A DNA stretch of 64,000 nucleotides from assembly GCF_009914755.1 (NCBI RefSeq), contig NC_060939.1; one strand, 5' to 3'. The translations under genes and the position numbers were made by a program. The notes beneath the pieces were generated by a model, which worked only from the letters and a program-made list of their open reading frames with translations, was not told the origin of the DNA and ran no database searches. The DNA comes from the human T2T-CHM13v2.0 reference genome, Homo sapiens. Below are positions 43,503 to 64,000 of this stretch, in pieces (position 1 is the first letter of the stretch; every line of letters begins with the position of its first letter).

Positions 43503-46500
43503 GGCGCCACGGGCCCCGCAGAGCCAGGGCGGCTCCCGCCGGTAGCCTGTGTGTGGGCCCCGGCCAGCCGCGCCCCCAGTCCATATCGCCCTTCACTGCC
43601 CCGAGGCTGGCGCGGCTATGGGGCGCGGGGCCGGCGCTGCTCTGGGGCGTTGGAGCCGCGCGCCGCTGGAGGAGCTGCTGCCGGGGCGGGGGTCTGGGCG
43701 GCTCGGGGGGCCACGCGGGCCTCGGACGGCTCCCGGGGCTGTGGGCTTGGGCCCGGCAGCTGCAGGTGCGGGGCTCTTGCCGGCCGGGCGCTCCTCGGCT
43801 CCCGCGCGCCGGGTTCCCGGGCGGTCCCACCGCCACTGCCTGGGCAGGGGAGGAGGCCTGGCGGCGCGGGCGGGCGGCGCCTTCCCGGGACGACCAGCGG
43901 CTACGACCCATGGCGCCCGGACTCTCGGAGGCCGGGAAGCTCCTGGGGCTGGAGTACCCTGAGCGCCAGAGGCTGGCAGCTGCGGTTGGATTTCTCCGAT
44001 GTCCGGTGTTATCTCCATGTCTGCCCCTTTCTTCCTGGGGAAGATCATCGATGCCATCTATACCAACCCCACTGTGGACTACAGCGACAACCTGACCCGC
44101 CTCTGCCTTGGCCTCAGTGGCGTGTTTCTGTGTGGTGCTGCCGCCAATGCCATTCGTGTCTACCTCATGCAAACTTCAGGTCAGCGCGTTGTGAAGAGGC
44201 TGAGAACTTCGTTATTCTCCATTCTGAAGCAGGAGGTTGCTTTCTTTGACAAGGCTGGCACAGGGGAATTGATTAACCGCCTCTCATCGGACACTGCACT
44301 CCTGGGGCGCTCAGTGACTGAAAACCTCTCAGATGGGCTCAGGGCCGGGGCCCGGGCTTCTATAGGCATCAGGATGATGTTTTGTGTCTCACCTAATCGG
44401 GCCACCTTTGTTGTGAGCGTGGTGCCTCTAGTGTCAATCATTGATGTAATTTATGGACGATATCTACGGAAACTGACCAAAGTCACCCAGGATTCGCTGG
44501 CACAAGCCACTCAGGAGGAACGTATTGGAAATGTTAAGAACTGTTCGAGCTTTTGGGAAAGAAATGACTGAAATAGAAAAATAGGCCAGCAAAGTGGACC
44601 ATGTGATGTAGTCAGCAAGGAAAGAGGCATTCGCTCAGGCTGGCTTCTTTGGAGAACTAGGCTGTCCGGAAACCTGATTGTGCTTTCTGAACCTGTACAA
44701 AGGGGGGCTGCTGATGGGCAGTGCCCACATGACCATGGGTGAACTCTCTCCCTTCCTATGTATGCTTTCGGGGTTGGAATAAGCATTGGAGGTCTGAGCT
44801 CTTTCTACTCGGAGCTGATGAAAGGACTGGGTGCCGGGGGGCGCCTCTGGGAGCTCCTGGAGAGAGAGCCCAATCTGCCTTTTAAGGAGGGGGAAGGGTT
44901 ATCTTAAATGAGAAAAGCTTCCAGGGTGCTTTGGAGTTTAAGAACGTGCATTTTGCCGATCCCGCTTGCCCAGAGGCGCCCATATTTCAGGATTTCAGCC
45001 TTTCCATTCCGTCAGGATCTGTCACGGCACTGGTTGGCCCAGGTGGTTCTGGCAAATCAACAGTGCTTTCGCTCCTGCTGAGGTTGTTCGACCCTGCTTC
45101 TGGAACTATCAGTCTTGATGGCCATGACATCCGTCAGCTAAACCCAGTGTGGCTGAGATCCAAGATTGGGACAGTGAGACAGGAACCCATTTTGTTTTCT
45201 TGCTCTATCACTGAGAACATTGCTTATGGTGCTGATGGCCTTCCTCTGTGACCGCTGAGCAAGTCCAGAGAGTGGCTGAAGTGGCCAATGCAGTGGTCTT
45301 GATCCGGAATTTCCCCCAAGGGTTCAACACTGTGGTTGGAGAAAAGGGTGTTCTCCTCTCAGGTGGGCAGAAACAGCGGATTGCAATTGCCCGTGCTCTG
45401 CTGAAGAATCCCAAAGTTCTTCTCCTAGTGAAGCAACCAGTGCGCTGGATGCTGAAAATGAGTACCTTGTTCAAGAAGCTCTAGATCCACTGATGGATGG
45501 AAGAACAGCGTTAGTTATTGCCCATCATCTCTCCACCATTAAGAATGCTAATATGGTTGCTGTTCTTGACCAAGGAAAAATTACTGAATATGGAAAACAT
45601 GAAGAGCTGCTTTCAAAACCAAATGGGATATACAGAAAACTAATGAACAAGCAAAGTTTTATTTCAGCCTAAGGAAACAATTACTGGTAAACAACATGAG
45701 AGACTTTAATGCAAAACAGTATTGTAGAAAAAAAAAACACCTCAGAGACTGCATGAAATATGTAAACCATATATCAAGTTATTTGAAAAATAGCTATTTT
45801 TTCCAAAGCGTGTAAAATATTGCTTTGAAATGTACCTGTTCTCAAGATCTTTTTATTCAGAGTTTTAACCATTGTAACTTTTTAAATGTCTGTAGCACTG
45901 AAGTTATTTTCAGGTTTTGTATTTTCTTTCATTGTGGAATATTTTAATTAATATAGCATGGCACCTCATTTTCTTTTGCCTGCTGTTAAAGATGGAAGCT
46001 GTTGTCAAATGACAACTTTAAAAAGGGAAGTATAAATAAAAAGCCTGATTATTTTAGGCCAGTTTGCCAATCACTGTGTAATTCCTCTGGTAGTATTCTA
46101 CCTACTTTAAGTCTAATTTTACTAGATAGAGTAATGGAAAATGAAAATCTAACCCTTTATTCCGATAATCTCATGAAGCAAACCTAACTATTTAACATCA
46201 GCTGGAAAGAAGGGAACATTTATATTGCCCGTCTCCTGTGTCTTCAAAGGTGTGAGAGTTGAGGAATATGTGTTCCTACGGGAACTATGTTTGAATATGT
46301 GCAGTTTTCAACATTTTGGCAAATGAAAGCCTGACAAGTTTTTAAAAGGGCAGAAGCTTTATTTTTTGAACAGAAAAATCTATTTTTTAAATTCACATGT
46401 TTGTATGAGTACTTCTGGGAAGCAAGGGATGAACTGCTAGGTATTATTAAGAACGAATGATTTTTGCATTTAAGTTGTTTGAAGGCATGTATTTTGAAAA

Positions 46501-47286
46501 ATATCTGTTACAAATTTATAATTTCAAGACATACTAAATCTTATAATACTTTTGGAATTTCATTAATAAGGCTAAAATCTGAGGAATGTAACTAATTTTC
46601 AGCCTTAAGACACTTAAGTTTGGAAGTCCTTGCTATTCAACAGAATAACAAGAAACCTTCAGAATGTATCACTCTCCCAAAAAGAAGATATTAATAAGCC
46701 CTTTTCTTTTATTCATGGTTATAGTTTTTTTATAGTCTCAAAATTCCTAAAGCAATGCTGACAGCCATTGAATTTGCCATATTTTGTATTCAGTGCTGTT
46801 AATGTGCTGTTGCCTCAAGAAAAAGTGCTTTTTCTCCATTGATGAGGCTAGACCCTAAGAGGTAATTAAGTCAATGTAAATCAAATGGAAGTTTTGCCAT
46901 GAACTAAGCATTTATTAGTTCCCTGATTAGACTGGAAGAAGAAACCGCTATTTCATGACAAGCATGGAATATTATATTTTCTTCTTCATAATTAATGAAT
47001 AAAATTGATATGAGCGAATGAATGTAGTATTTTTTGAATTAGTAAACAGTACATCTGTGACAATCATTTTAACAAGCTCTACTTGTGTTCTTTATAAAGT
47101 GTGATTTTCAGAAAGCAAACAAAACACAATTAAAAGGTTGAATCTGAGGAAAATAATGCTTGTACCATAGAAGTATTTACAAAATTGCATTTCATTGTTA
47201 TGTTTTATTTTCTGATACCTGATGTTCAATTATATCTGTAGGTAATATTTTATATCATAGATTAAAATTTATAGTGACCTTAAAAA
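43503..47286 (+). pseudogene. ABCB10P: ABCB10 processed pseudogene (mitochondrial ABC transporter), slightly 5'-truncated, with 3'UTR
   Basis: Intronless and frameshifted match to ABCB10: [14 protein letters not shown]..., [32 protein letters not shown]..., Walker [30 protein letters not shown], ending KQSFISA* (TAA 45670-45672). ATTAAA at 47261, short A tail, TSD aagatgtatc at 43493-43502 and 47287-47296. Confidence 0.96.
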
Positions 47287-47979
47287 AAGATGTATCATCA
47301 GGTTATTTATTTGAGGTTTTTCACTTTTTTGATCTTGGAAATTATAGGTATACATTTCCCTCTTACTACTGCTTTTTGCTGTATCCCATAGGTTTTGGTA
47401 TGTTGTGTTGCCGTTTTTATCTGCTTCAATAAATTTTTCAATTTCTTCTGAATTTCTTTGTTGAAATTGTAAGGATCATTAGAGGCTACTGTGAGCAACC
47501 ATAGGCCAGAAATTAGAAAACCTAGACTATATGGATACATATAGATACAGAAAAATTCACATTATGAATTTGTTCTCAAATAAGCTTTGGTAATTTGTCT
47601 CTTTAAAGAACTTTAAGCTGCCAAATTCTTGAGTATGGAATTGTTCATAATAGTTATTATCATTTAAATATAGAGGTTCTGTAATGATATTTCTTCTTTT
47701 ATCAGTCCTTTTTTCTTAGTCTTACTAGTATGTAACAACTTTACTGATTTTTTCAAAGGAACTTTTCACTTTGTGAATTTATTTACTTTCAATTTCATTT
47801 ATTTCTTTCATTACCTGTTATTTTATTTTTTCAAATTACGTTTTATTTGTTTATTTTTTCATTGACTTTTAAACCTACGTATTTTTCTAATACAAGAATT
47901 TCAAATAATAAATTACCCTCTCAATTTAACTCTACACCACAAATATGAAGCTTTTATTATCATAATTTTGTTTTATTTT

Positions 47980-48920
<941 letters not shown>

Positions 48921-49397
48921 TTATTTCATATTTTTTCTAAATTATCTTTTGATTTCTTTTATGAACTATGAGTTAAATAGTGTTTCATGTTATTTACAAC
49001 TATTTGGGGGTTTCCTAGGAATCTCTTATGTCATCAATTTCAAATTAAATTTTATTGTGATCAGAGAATATATTCTATAAAATCTAAAGCTTAAATTCAT
49101 TTAAACTTACTTTTTGATTCAGCATTTGGCCTATGTTGGTGGTGCTTTCAATACACAAGAAAACAATGTATATTCAGCATTTGAAATGTAGTTTTTATAA
49201 ATGTCAATAAGATCAAGGTGATTTATAATGAAGTTGAAATGTTCTATAGCCATACGAATGGTTTGTCTTACTGTTCAATCAGTGATGAACAGAGGGATGT
49301 TAAAATCTTTAATTATTATTGTCATTTATCCATTTCTCCCTTCAATTCTGCTTTTTCCTTCATGAATTATGAGGCTTTGTTATTAAGTTGGTGTCCC

Positions 49398-49554
49398 TTT
49401 CATAATTATGAAATGGGGGCATTTCATAATTATGGACATCTATGTCATATTAGGACAATAATGTAATAACCAATTCATCAGAGGACAATAATATAAGCAA
49501 TATTATTGTCCTCTGATGAATTGGTTATTTCATAATTATGAAATGCCCCCATTT
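49398..49554. repeat. Nested perfect inverted repeats (30-bp inner stem, 24-bp outer stem)
   Basis: 49465-49494 pairs with 49500-49529; 49411-49434 pairs with 49531-49554. Confidence 0.95.
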
Positions 49555-50874
49555 TCTCTTATAATGCACCCTCTTTTCCAGTCTACATTGCATTTTGCTA
49601 ATATAGCCACACAAGCTTCCTAATGCTTGCTGTGTATATGGTTTATCTTTTCTTGTAGGTTTACTTTTCATCTATCTGTGTCTTTATGTTTAATATATGC
49701 TTCTGGTAGACAACATTAGTTGGGTCTCATTCTTTTGTCTAATATGACAGTCTCTACCTTGTAATTGAATAATTTAGTTCATAAATATGTTAAATGAAAT
49801 GTGTTGCCACTTTTAAAAACTGTACAATCTCTTGTTTCTCTTCTCGTATTTTTGTTTAATTGTATTTTAAGTATTCATTTTAAATTGCATAGATGAGTTA
49901 GTTGCAACGCTTTTTTGTATTGAGTTATTTGTATTACAATAATCATCAATTTATACTTAACTAATCTAAATTTTACTTAGAGGTAATTTTTGACAACTTC
50001 ATATATAATGTAAAAAACTGATGACATCTGTTCTATTTTTACATTCTCTCCAGTGATTGATAGTGTTGCCTACTTTGTCAAATCAAAACAAGGCAACATT
50101 TTCCTAAAAAGTGATCTGTGCTCCACCTATCCTATTCATATGCACAGAAGACTTTCAGGGCAGAAAACTATTCTGCATGATACTACACTGGTATATGAAT
50201 TTGCCTAAACTCATAGAATGTATGACAGCAAGCGTGGACCCTAATATAACTATGGACCTTGGTGATAAGGATGTGCCAGTGCAGGTTCATCAGCGGTAAG
50301 TAATGTGCCACTCCAGAGGAGAATGACAGCAAGGGGTCAGGCTGTGCCTGTGTGGACACAATGATGTATGAGAAATCTTTGTATCTTTCTTTCAATTTTG
50401 CTGTGAACTTACAACTGCCCTAAAAATAAAGTCTATTAAAAAAACCCAAAACAACAACAACAAAAACTGATGATGGTAACATTTCCTTTACTCCCCCTCT
50501 GTCTTTTGTGATTTTTTTTAGTATAAGTTTTTCTATCCACATCATAAAGCCCACAATAAAATGATATCTTTTTAAATTTAAATAGTCAGTTTCCCTTCAA
50601 CAAAATCGACAGATTAAAAAAAAGTATTTCCTGTTACTCATATACTTACCATTTCTATGCTTTTCATTTCCTCTAATCTGGAGTTTAGATTCGATGTTAT
50701 TTCCCTTCAGGCCAGAAAACTTCTGCTAGCATGTTTTGTAGTACAGATTTGCTGGTGACAAATTGGCCCATTTAATTTTTCCGAAAATGTCTTAATTTTA
50801 CCTTCAACTTTGAAAGATACTTTAATAATATATAGAAACGAACCTGATGCTCTGTCATCTCCAAATACTTTAGT

Positions 50875-51103
50875 AGACTGATTCTCAACCAGGGGGAGTT
50901 TTGCCCTCCAGGAAACATCTGATAATATCTCAAGATATTTTTAGTTGTTAGCCTGGGCAAAGGTGTGAGGAGGATGCTACTGTCATTTAGTTATTAAAGG
51001 CAAACCAAGTCGCTAAACATCCTGCAATTCACAGGAAATGCCCCCAACAAAGAATTATGTGGCCCAAATGTCAGAAGCGATAGTGCCAAAGTTGAAAAAC
51101 CTT
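50875..51103. mobile_element. MER20 DNA transposon
   Basis: ttctcaaccaggggga.ttttgccc.ccagg.aacat...aaagaattat.tggcccaaatgtca...gtgcc.a.gttga.aaacc. Confidence 0.8.
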
Positions 51104-51310
51104 GCTTTCATATATATTTTCTACAAACACAATTGTGTCTATATATGTATATACATATATATAATTCTATATGTTACAAATCTATTACAGTAATATATGT
51201 GCCCCCCCAAATGCAATACACGCACAGTACAACGAACAAAACCAGAAAATTAATATTAATATATTGCTACATCTAATTATCAAGTCCGCATTAAAATTTC
51301 ACCAATAGTC

Positions 51311-51645
<335 letters not shown>

Positions 51646-51764
51646 TCATAGCAAAAGGATCAAGTTCAGAATCATGCATTGCCTTTCATTGTCATGTCTT
51701 TTTAATGTCCTTGTATCAAGAATAGATCTTTAGACCTAACTTAACCAAGATTTCTGGCCCATAT

Positions 51765-51928
51765 TTTCTTCTTTTTTTCCTTTGCTTTGCTTCTCCTTCC
51801 TTTTCTCCTTTCCTTTCTCCTTCGCTTTCCCCTTCCTTTTTCTCTTCCCTCTCCCCTTCCCTTCCCCCTCCCCTTCCTTCTCCTTTTCTCTTTCCCTTAC
51901 TTTTTCCTTTTCCCTTCCTTCTTTTTTG
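51765..51928. repeat. Polypyrimidine (CT-rich) low-complexity tract
   Basis: ~160 nt, almost exclusively C/T. Confidence 0.85.
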
Positions 51929-53285
51929 AATGGCTCCCTTTAGGTTTTCTGAGGTTTCCTTGTGACTAGAGTCAGGCAATGCATTTTGGCAAGAATATCA
52001 CAGAATTGATGCTGCGTTTTTTTCATTGCATCCTATCAGGTGGTACATGATTCCAGTTTGTCTCACTACTGACAATGTTTATTTTGACAGGTTGATAATG
52101 GTGGTATATAGTAGGCTTCTATCTTGTTATTCTCTATTTCTAGATTCTGTTACTTTATTTTATGTTGTTTTTCCTAAAGGGTAATAGGAATTCTCTCTGT
52201 TTCTTTGTTTTTGTTTATTTCCCTATTTTTATTCCTTACTATACTTTTAGTACATAGTACCTAGTGCAAAATACTAATATATGTTGAACACCAACAGTTG
52301 TTGAACAAATGTCTGAAACTGACTCTGTCCTGCTACCACAAAAACATATATATATATATTTTTTTCCTATAGGGATACCATCAACTCTACATAGTTGTCT
52401 AAGCCAAGACCTCCTGCTAGGACTGATTAAAGCCCGTGCATCCTCATTATCCAGAGCCTGTGTTGCTCCTCTAGAGCTATAGCCAGGCTAACCATTCCTT
52501 CTGGTTAATATCTGAAAGGAAGAATCATGCAGCAAGAAGAGAACTGTGAGGGAATAAAAATGGCACAAACCCAGCCTGGATTTCTCTCTCCCCTTTTAAT
52601 GATGAATGAATGAAAAAAATTCATCATTAGCTGTAGTTAGTTTCTATTACATAAAAAGGAAGCTGATGAAACATATAACTGAGTTATATACCCACATCCA
52701 ATTGGTTCTGTTTCTCTGGAGAACTCTATTAAAGAAGTTATTGAGTATTGTTTACATGTACACTGACAAATATGTCTAAAGGTTATGTCTGAACACCTAT
52801 AAATTTATATCAATGATTCTATATAGTTCATTCTTATTACACTTGATTCTAATTCTTATGAAGTTGATGTTTGGTAGAATGAATGATAAAAGGAGATTCT
52901 GTCCCCTATTGAAGTGTTTGTGTAGTTACACGCCAGAGTTTTGGAGATTGAGGAAAAGGTTGAGCTTAAATAATTTTATGGGCAAACTCAATGCTTGAAT
53001 GTAAGATAGTACTTTGAAAGATTTGGAGGATTTCATAATGACTTTTACTTTTGCTAATTATTGATACAGTCACTTGTAAATAAGTTTACTTAGGTAAGCT
53101 CAAGGAAATCATGCTTTTTCTCAGGCTTATTTTAAATCTGAATATTTTTACTGTCTTTGCTTTTACAAGAAAATATTCATCATTGTATTTTTTGTCTTAA
53201 TTTTCAAAGTCAAATGTTAATTGTTTTTGTGGGATTACTTTGGCAAATATGGGAGATCCCCAAACAAATTTTAAAAAGTTTTTTC

Positions 53286-53704
<419 letters not shown>

Positions 53705-53860
53705 TCAGTTCTCCTAGACATTGGTTTAGCTAATGCCAGCTATTTGGTATAAAAATCTGTATCAGTGGAGAGGTAAAAAAGAGCTAAAGGAAGCATAAGA
53801 AAGACAACCGCATCTTTAAGAAGTTCCTCTTTTTCTTTTCTTTTTTTTTTTTTTTTTTGA

Positions 53861-54055
<195 letters not shown>

Positions 54056-54641
54056 TAACCAGGATGGTCTCGATCTCCTGACCTCGTGATCCACCCGCCT
54101 CGGCCTCCCAAAGTGCTGGGATTACAGGCGTGAGCCACAGCACCCGGCCAAGAAGGTTCTCTTAAAAGGAATCACTTCTTGTTTTCTTACAAGTTATAAC
54201 CTCACTACCCTAGAGTCACATTTTTTAATAACTTATGAATTTTCTGAAACTTCAAATACCCTATGGCCCCATGGTAAAACATCAGATGACATTTGCCTCT
54301 CATTTAAACCATTTTTCTTTTCCTCTTTCTTCTTTATTTTTCTTATACTCTCTCCTCATTTCTTTTTCTCTCTTCCTATTTCTCTTTTTCTCTCTGCTTC
54401 TTCCTACCTCCCCTCGTGACTTTGTCTCCTCATCCCATCACCGTGCTACTTAGATGCCACATCAATTTGACTAGCCTCAAATTTACAATGAATACTTTTT
54501 AAATTCATGCTTCTGAAACTTTTAAAGGATGAAGAGGTATAAATGTCTCACATAATAATTTGTTTGATGGCTGAAATGAATGGCATTTCTCAAAAAGGCC
54601 AAGGGACTGAATACAGAAATTTAAACAATAACTTTCCGTTA

Positions 54642-55048
54642 GTGATACGGTTTGGATGTTTTGTCCCCTCCAAATCTCATGTTGAAATGCGACCTCCAGT
54701 GTTGGAGGTGGGCCTAGTAATAGGTGTTTGTTTCCCAAGGGTGGATCCCCATGAATGGTTTTGTGCTGTCCTCCTGGTAATGAGTGAGTTCTTGCTCTAT
54801 GAATTCACGAGAGATCTTGTTGTTTAAAAGAGCCTGGCATCTCCCTTGCTCCCTCTCTCCCCATGTAATATGCCAGCTCCCCCTTTGCCTTAAGCCATGA
54901 TTGTCAGCTTCCCGGGCCTCAGCAGAAGCTGAGCAGATACTGGTGGCCTGTTTGTACAGCCTGCAGACCATCAGCCAAATACTCCTCTTTTCTTTATAAA
55001 TTACCCAGTCTCAGGTATTCCTTTATAGCATTGAGATGGACTAACATA
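54642..55048 (+). mobile_element. MST-type MaLR solo LTR (second copy ~60342-60749)
   Basis: tgatacggtttggatgttttgtcccctccaaatctcatgttgaaat...ataaattacccagtctcaggtatt.ctttatagca...ggactaaca. Confidence 0.85.
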
Positions 55049-58000
55049 GTCAGTTTTGACAACATGAACCTTTCATATTAAAATTTAATTTCTAAATTCA
55101 CTCATTTACTGTGATTGGTTTATAGCTTTTCTGTAATAATGAATCTTACGTGTGACTTTCAATGTGCTTTAAAACTTGATTCACTTTTTAGCTCTATTTT
55201 TGGAAACTACCAGCTTCCACTGTTGAGGCAAAAGTGTCATCATTGAGGCTCTCCTGCTGAGGTAGCTGTTGTCTGATTTCCCTTCAGTTCTACTGCTGTC
55301 CCAGTGGAAAAAGGGAATCTTCACCACTTACATGACATGTTTGCCTGAACTCTAATCTTCCACACTTGCTGTAGAAAAGAGTAAAGTGGCAGTTCAGGGC
55401 AGTTTACCAATTTAGAAATGGTGTCCGCTCAGTATTTTCCTCTGTGTCACTTACTAAAACATATAAAAGAAACCATGGACATTAAAAGAAAGAGAGAGGT
55501 TTAATGTGATATTTTAATTCTAACAAGGATTTATGGGCACATGAATGCTCAAAATCACATACCCCCTTAGTGTTTTTCATCTCACACATATCACATCAGA
55601 TACATATCACACATTTCAGGCACATATCACACAGAACTTACCGTAATTAAATTATCAGTTTTTGAAAAATATTATCATTTGCTCTCTTTTTTTCTATATA
55701 AATAAATTTTTTTAAAATATGATTTTCAGTTCTGGGATACATGCACGGAACATGCAGGTTTGTTATATAGGTATACATGTGCCATATAGGTGGTTTCTTA
55801 TTTGTGCTTTCATCTTATGGCTTTGGCTAGAACTAGATAATAAAAGTATGCATCAATTTAAGAGTTATTTTTAATCATGGTAAGGACATATCTATAACTA
55901 CTTTGTTAAATTTCATCAGTCATGCATGTTAAATATCATTAAATAAATATCAAAAATGGGCTGCTGTACCAGAATACCATAGACTTGGTGGCTTATAAAC
56001 AACAGAAAGGAATTTCTCACAGTTCTGGGGTCTGGGAAATCTAAGACCAAGGTACTAGCCAATCTGGTGTCTGGGAAAAACTTTTGTTCTAGTTCAAAGA
56101 AGGCTGCCCTTTCTCTATAACCTCAGTTGGGGAAGGAGCAAGGGAGTTCAGGGGGCTGCTTTAGAAGGGTGCTAAACCCATTAATGAGGGCTGCTCTCTC
56201 ATGACTTAATTAGTTCCCAAAAGCCCCACCTTCAAAAACCCTCACATTGGCGGTTAGCATTTCAACATATGAATTTGAGAGGGATGTAAACATTTAGTCT
56301 GTAGCAGTAAATGTACAATATAAAGTAAATAGCTTTATTGTTGTGTTGCATTATATTAATATATATTTTCTAGTATTAAATCTTTGTATGCCAAATCACT
56401 GGGGTGGGTGATTTCTTAGTAAGTGTAGAATTCAGTTCCTTTTTCTTTCAGTTAAGAATATTTTAACTATGTTTATAAGGGATACTGTTTAGTAATTTTA
56501 TTCTTTTTGTATTCACTTCATCAAGAGTTAGTAATAGTTATATTTGCTTTGTAAAATGAACTGAAAGGAAGCCACTTTTTATAACTTTATCCATATTTCC
56601 TAGTTTGGGGTCCATTTTACAAGATGTTTTAAACAGATGCTTATTAAAAACACCGGTTATAGGGACTTTAATAAAAATTTTTAAAATAATGTTTTACATT
56701 TCTTGCAAAAATTGATGCCTGCAACCTATTTACTGTTTTTAAAATTAAATTAAGATTCATTTAAGCAGTACATGTTTATTTTAGTGAAACACGTATTTAA
56801 TTTTCTAAGATAGTATTTTTTGTCTTTAAAACAATTTCTGCATGTTTTGTTTTTTTTTCACTTTAAATTTTATGTTTTCTCAGTTTTTGTTTTATCACAT
56901 TTGCTATATTTTTCTGTATCATGGGTTATTTGTTAAAGAATGAACTTGTGTATGTTTATAAATTGTTACTGTTTTTGTTTATAATTTATTGCCTTCTAAC
57001 TTAATATGTAATTAGCATTCCTTTTAATTTTGCTTGTATGCTTTGCTGTACCATTTTGAAATTCTTGAGTTAAATGCTTAACTATTTTTTATCAAGTTTA
57101 AATATTAAATTAAATATGTCCCATCAGTTTAGTCATTTTAATATTCTCACTCATCAGACATTTTTTGGGAACACCATATGCCTTTTCATGCAGTCAGTTT
57201 CAAGAAAATGAAAATTACTTTTTATATGTTTATACTCAAAGCTTGGCTAGAGATAAGTCTCCCCTTCCTTAAGTTGGGGAGAGAGTGATTTCTTCCAGGC
57301 TATAATCAAAAGAGATACAATTATAGTAACTTTTTGTGTTTGTTTGGGTTGTTTCTGTTTGTTTGTTTGTTTGTTTGTTTGAGACGGAGGTTGGATCTTG
57401 TTGCCCAGGCTGGAGTGTAGTGGCATAATCTCAGCTCACTGCAACCTCCGCCTCCTGGGTTCAAGCAATTCTAAACATATTTTAGCACAAAACTATTTAA
57501 GATTTCAATTTATATCTTTTTATTATCTTCCATATACTCTTTTGATACATTACCCATTATGTTGATTATTAACGTACACTCAAGTCAAGATCTTTTATTA
57601 TGTGAGGTCATCAGTCAATGATAACAGATATTGATGAATTAGTCTCCTCATCAGAAATTGAGCAACATTTTCATTCAAGACGACACATGGGCCTTTAAAG
57701 CATATTCAATAATACTGAGTCTCAGTGTTCTCCTGCTATTTTCTGAATGTGCATTTAGACCTTTATACATCTATCTATCTACTGACCCATTTATTAAATT
57801 TTCAGCATTTACTTTGTACTCCAAGGACCAGAACCATGTTTGTCTTGTTCACTGGTGTACTCCTATTGCAAGGACCTAGAACATAGTAGGAGCTCATTAA
57901 ACTCTGAGGTTTCAAAATAAGTGAATAGAGGTTGTAGCAGGAAGAAGTCTAAGATAGCCCCTATGACCTTCATTTCCTCATGTTACCCTGTTGATACCTC

Positions 58001-58517
58001 ACACGGCAAAGGAGTCTTGCACATGTCACTAAGGCTAATAATCCGTCAGCCTTAAGACGGGGGGAGTATCTGGGTAAACCTAACCTAATCACACCAAAAC
58101 TTCACAATCAGGGAGTTTTCTACAACTGAGAGTAGAATGGGAAGTCAGAGAGTTTCAGAGTCCAAGAAGCATTTATAGCACCCTTATTGACTTTGAAGAT
58201 GCTTTGCTTCTTCTTTTGAGTTCAGTTTGAGATTATCTTTCTAATAATTGATTAGATTTTATTCTTGTAAAAAAAGAGATAATTTAAAGGAATCTATTTT
58301 TAAATACTCTGAGGAGGGTGATACTAGGGGTGCTGGTTGTCCTGTTTTAACTTTGTCTTAATTTCTAATGTAATTAAATTTTGAGTAGGTAATGTGACCT
58401 GTGTGGTTTTTATTTTAAAAAATATATTGAGGTTTTATATAATCTATTTTTAAAATATTCAATGGAAACTTGAAAACATACTGTTTCACATATTCTCGTA
58501 TATATATATTAAAAATC

Positions 58518-59287
<770 letters not shown>

Positions 59288-59546
59288 CTAAATTTAATAA
59301 GGTAAAACAACGACCACTTCATTATATCTCATGGATCCTATAGGTGAGAAATTCCAGCAGGATTCATCTGAGTGATTCTTCCTCTCTCACATCATTAACT
59401 AGGGTGACTCAGTGCTAGTCGGCTGGCAAACAAGTCAGTCTGGAAGGTGCAAGGTGCTTTTTTTCTGTCTTATAAATTGGTGGAGTTGTCTGGAAGGCAA
59501 GGCTCAGATGGGAAGGACTCTTAGTTATAGTGCCTGCACAGGGTAA

Positions 59547-64000
<4,454 letters not shown>

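Noticed and set aside
43386-45484. Functional ABC-transporter CDS (ORFs of 287, 212, 190 and 106 aa)
   Set aside because: Fragments in different frames of an intronless retrocopy with stops, a damaged Walker B motif and no native start.

Overview
Human (great-ape) chromosome 15q11-q13-type segmental-duplication DNA built around a GOLGA8 core duplicon. From 5' to 3' the window holds: (1) a duplicated, intron-containing MPHOSPH10 pseudogene on the minus strand, with three exon remnants and an Alu at the deletion point (3.5-6.4 kb); (2) an ERV1-type LTR followed by a tandem array of inverted Alu pairs (6.5-9.3 kb); (3) a repeat-rich spacer; (4) a 19-exon GOLGA8-family gene whose hand-spliced ORF is open (~636 aa; 19.5-29.8 kb), with an intronic 7SL pseudogene, two dead GM130 exons and a ~3 kb inserted 3'UTR; (5) a second copy of the Alu-pair array plus LTR in the opposite orientation (36.7-40.2 kb); (6) an ABCB10 processed pseudogene with TSD, inserted in an L1 (43.5-47.3 kb); (7) a nested perfect hairpin (49.4-49.55 kb); and (8) an Alu-mediated 5.7-kb tandem duplication (53.8 kb to the end). 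The most unusual signal is the pair of LTR-linked Alu arrays bracketing GOLGA8. Their AluSp copies carry a strongly strand-asymmetric excess of A>G changes on the LTR-sense strand, resembling ADAR hyper-editing fixed in DNA. All identifications come from reading the sequence and from recalled reference sequences. Nothing was aligned computationally, and repeat boundaries are approximate.
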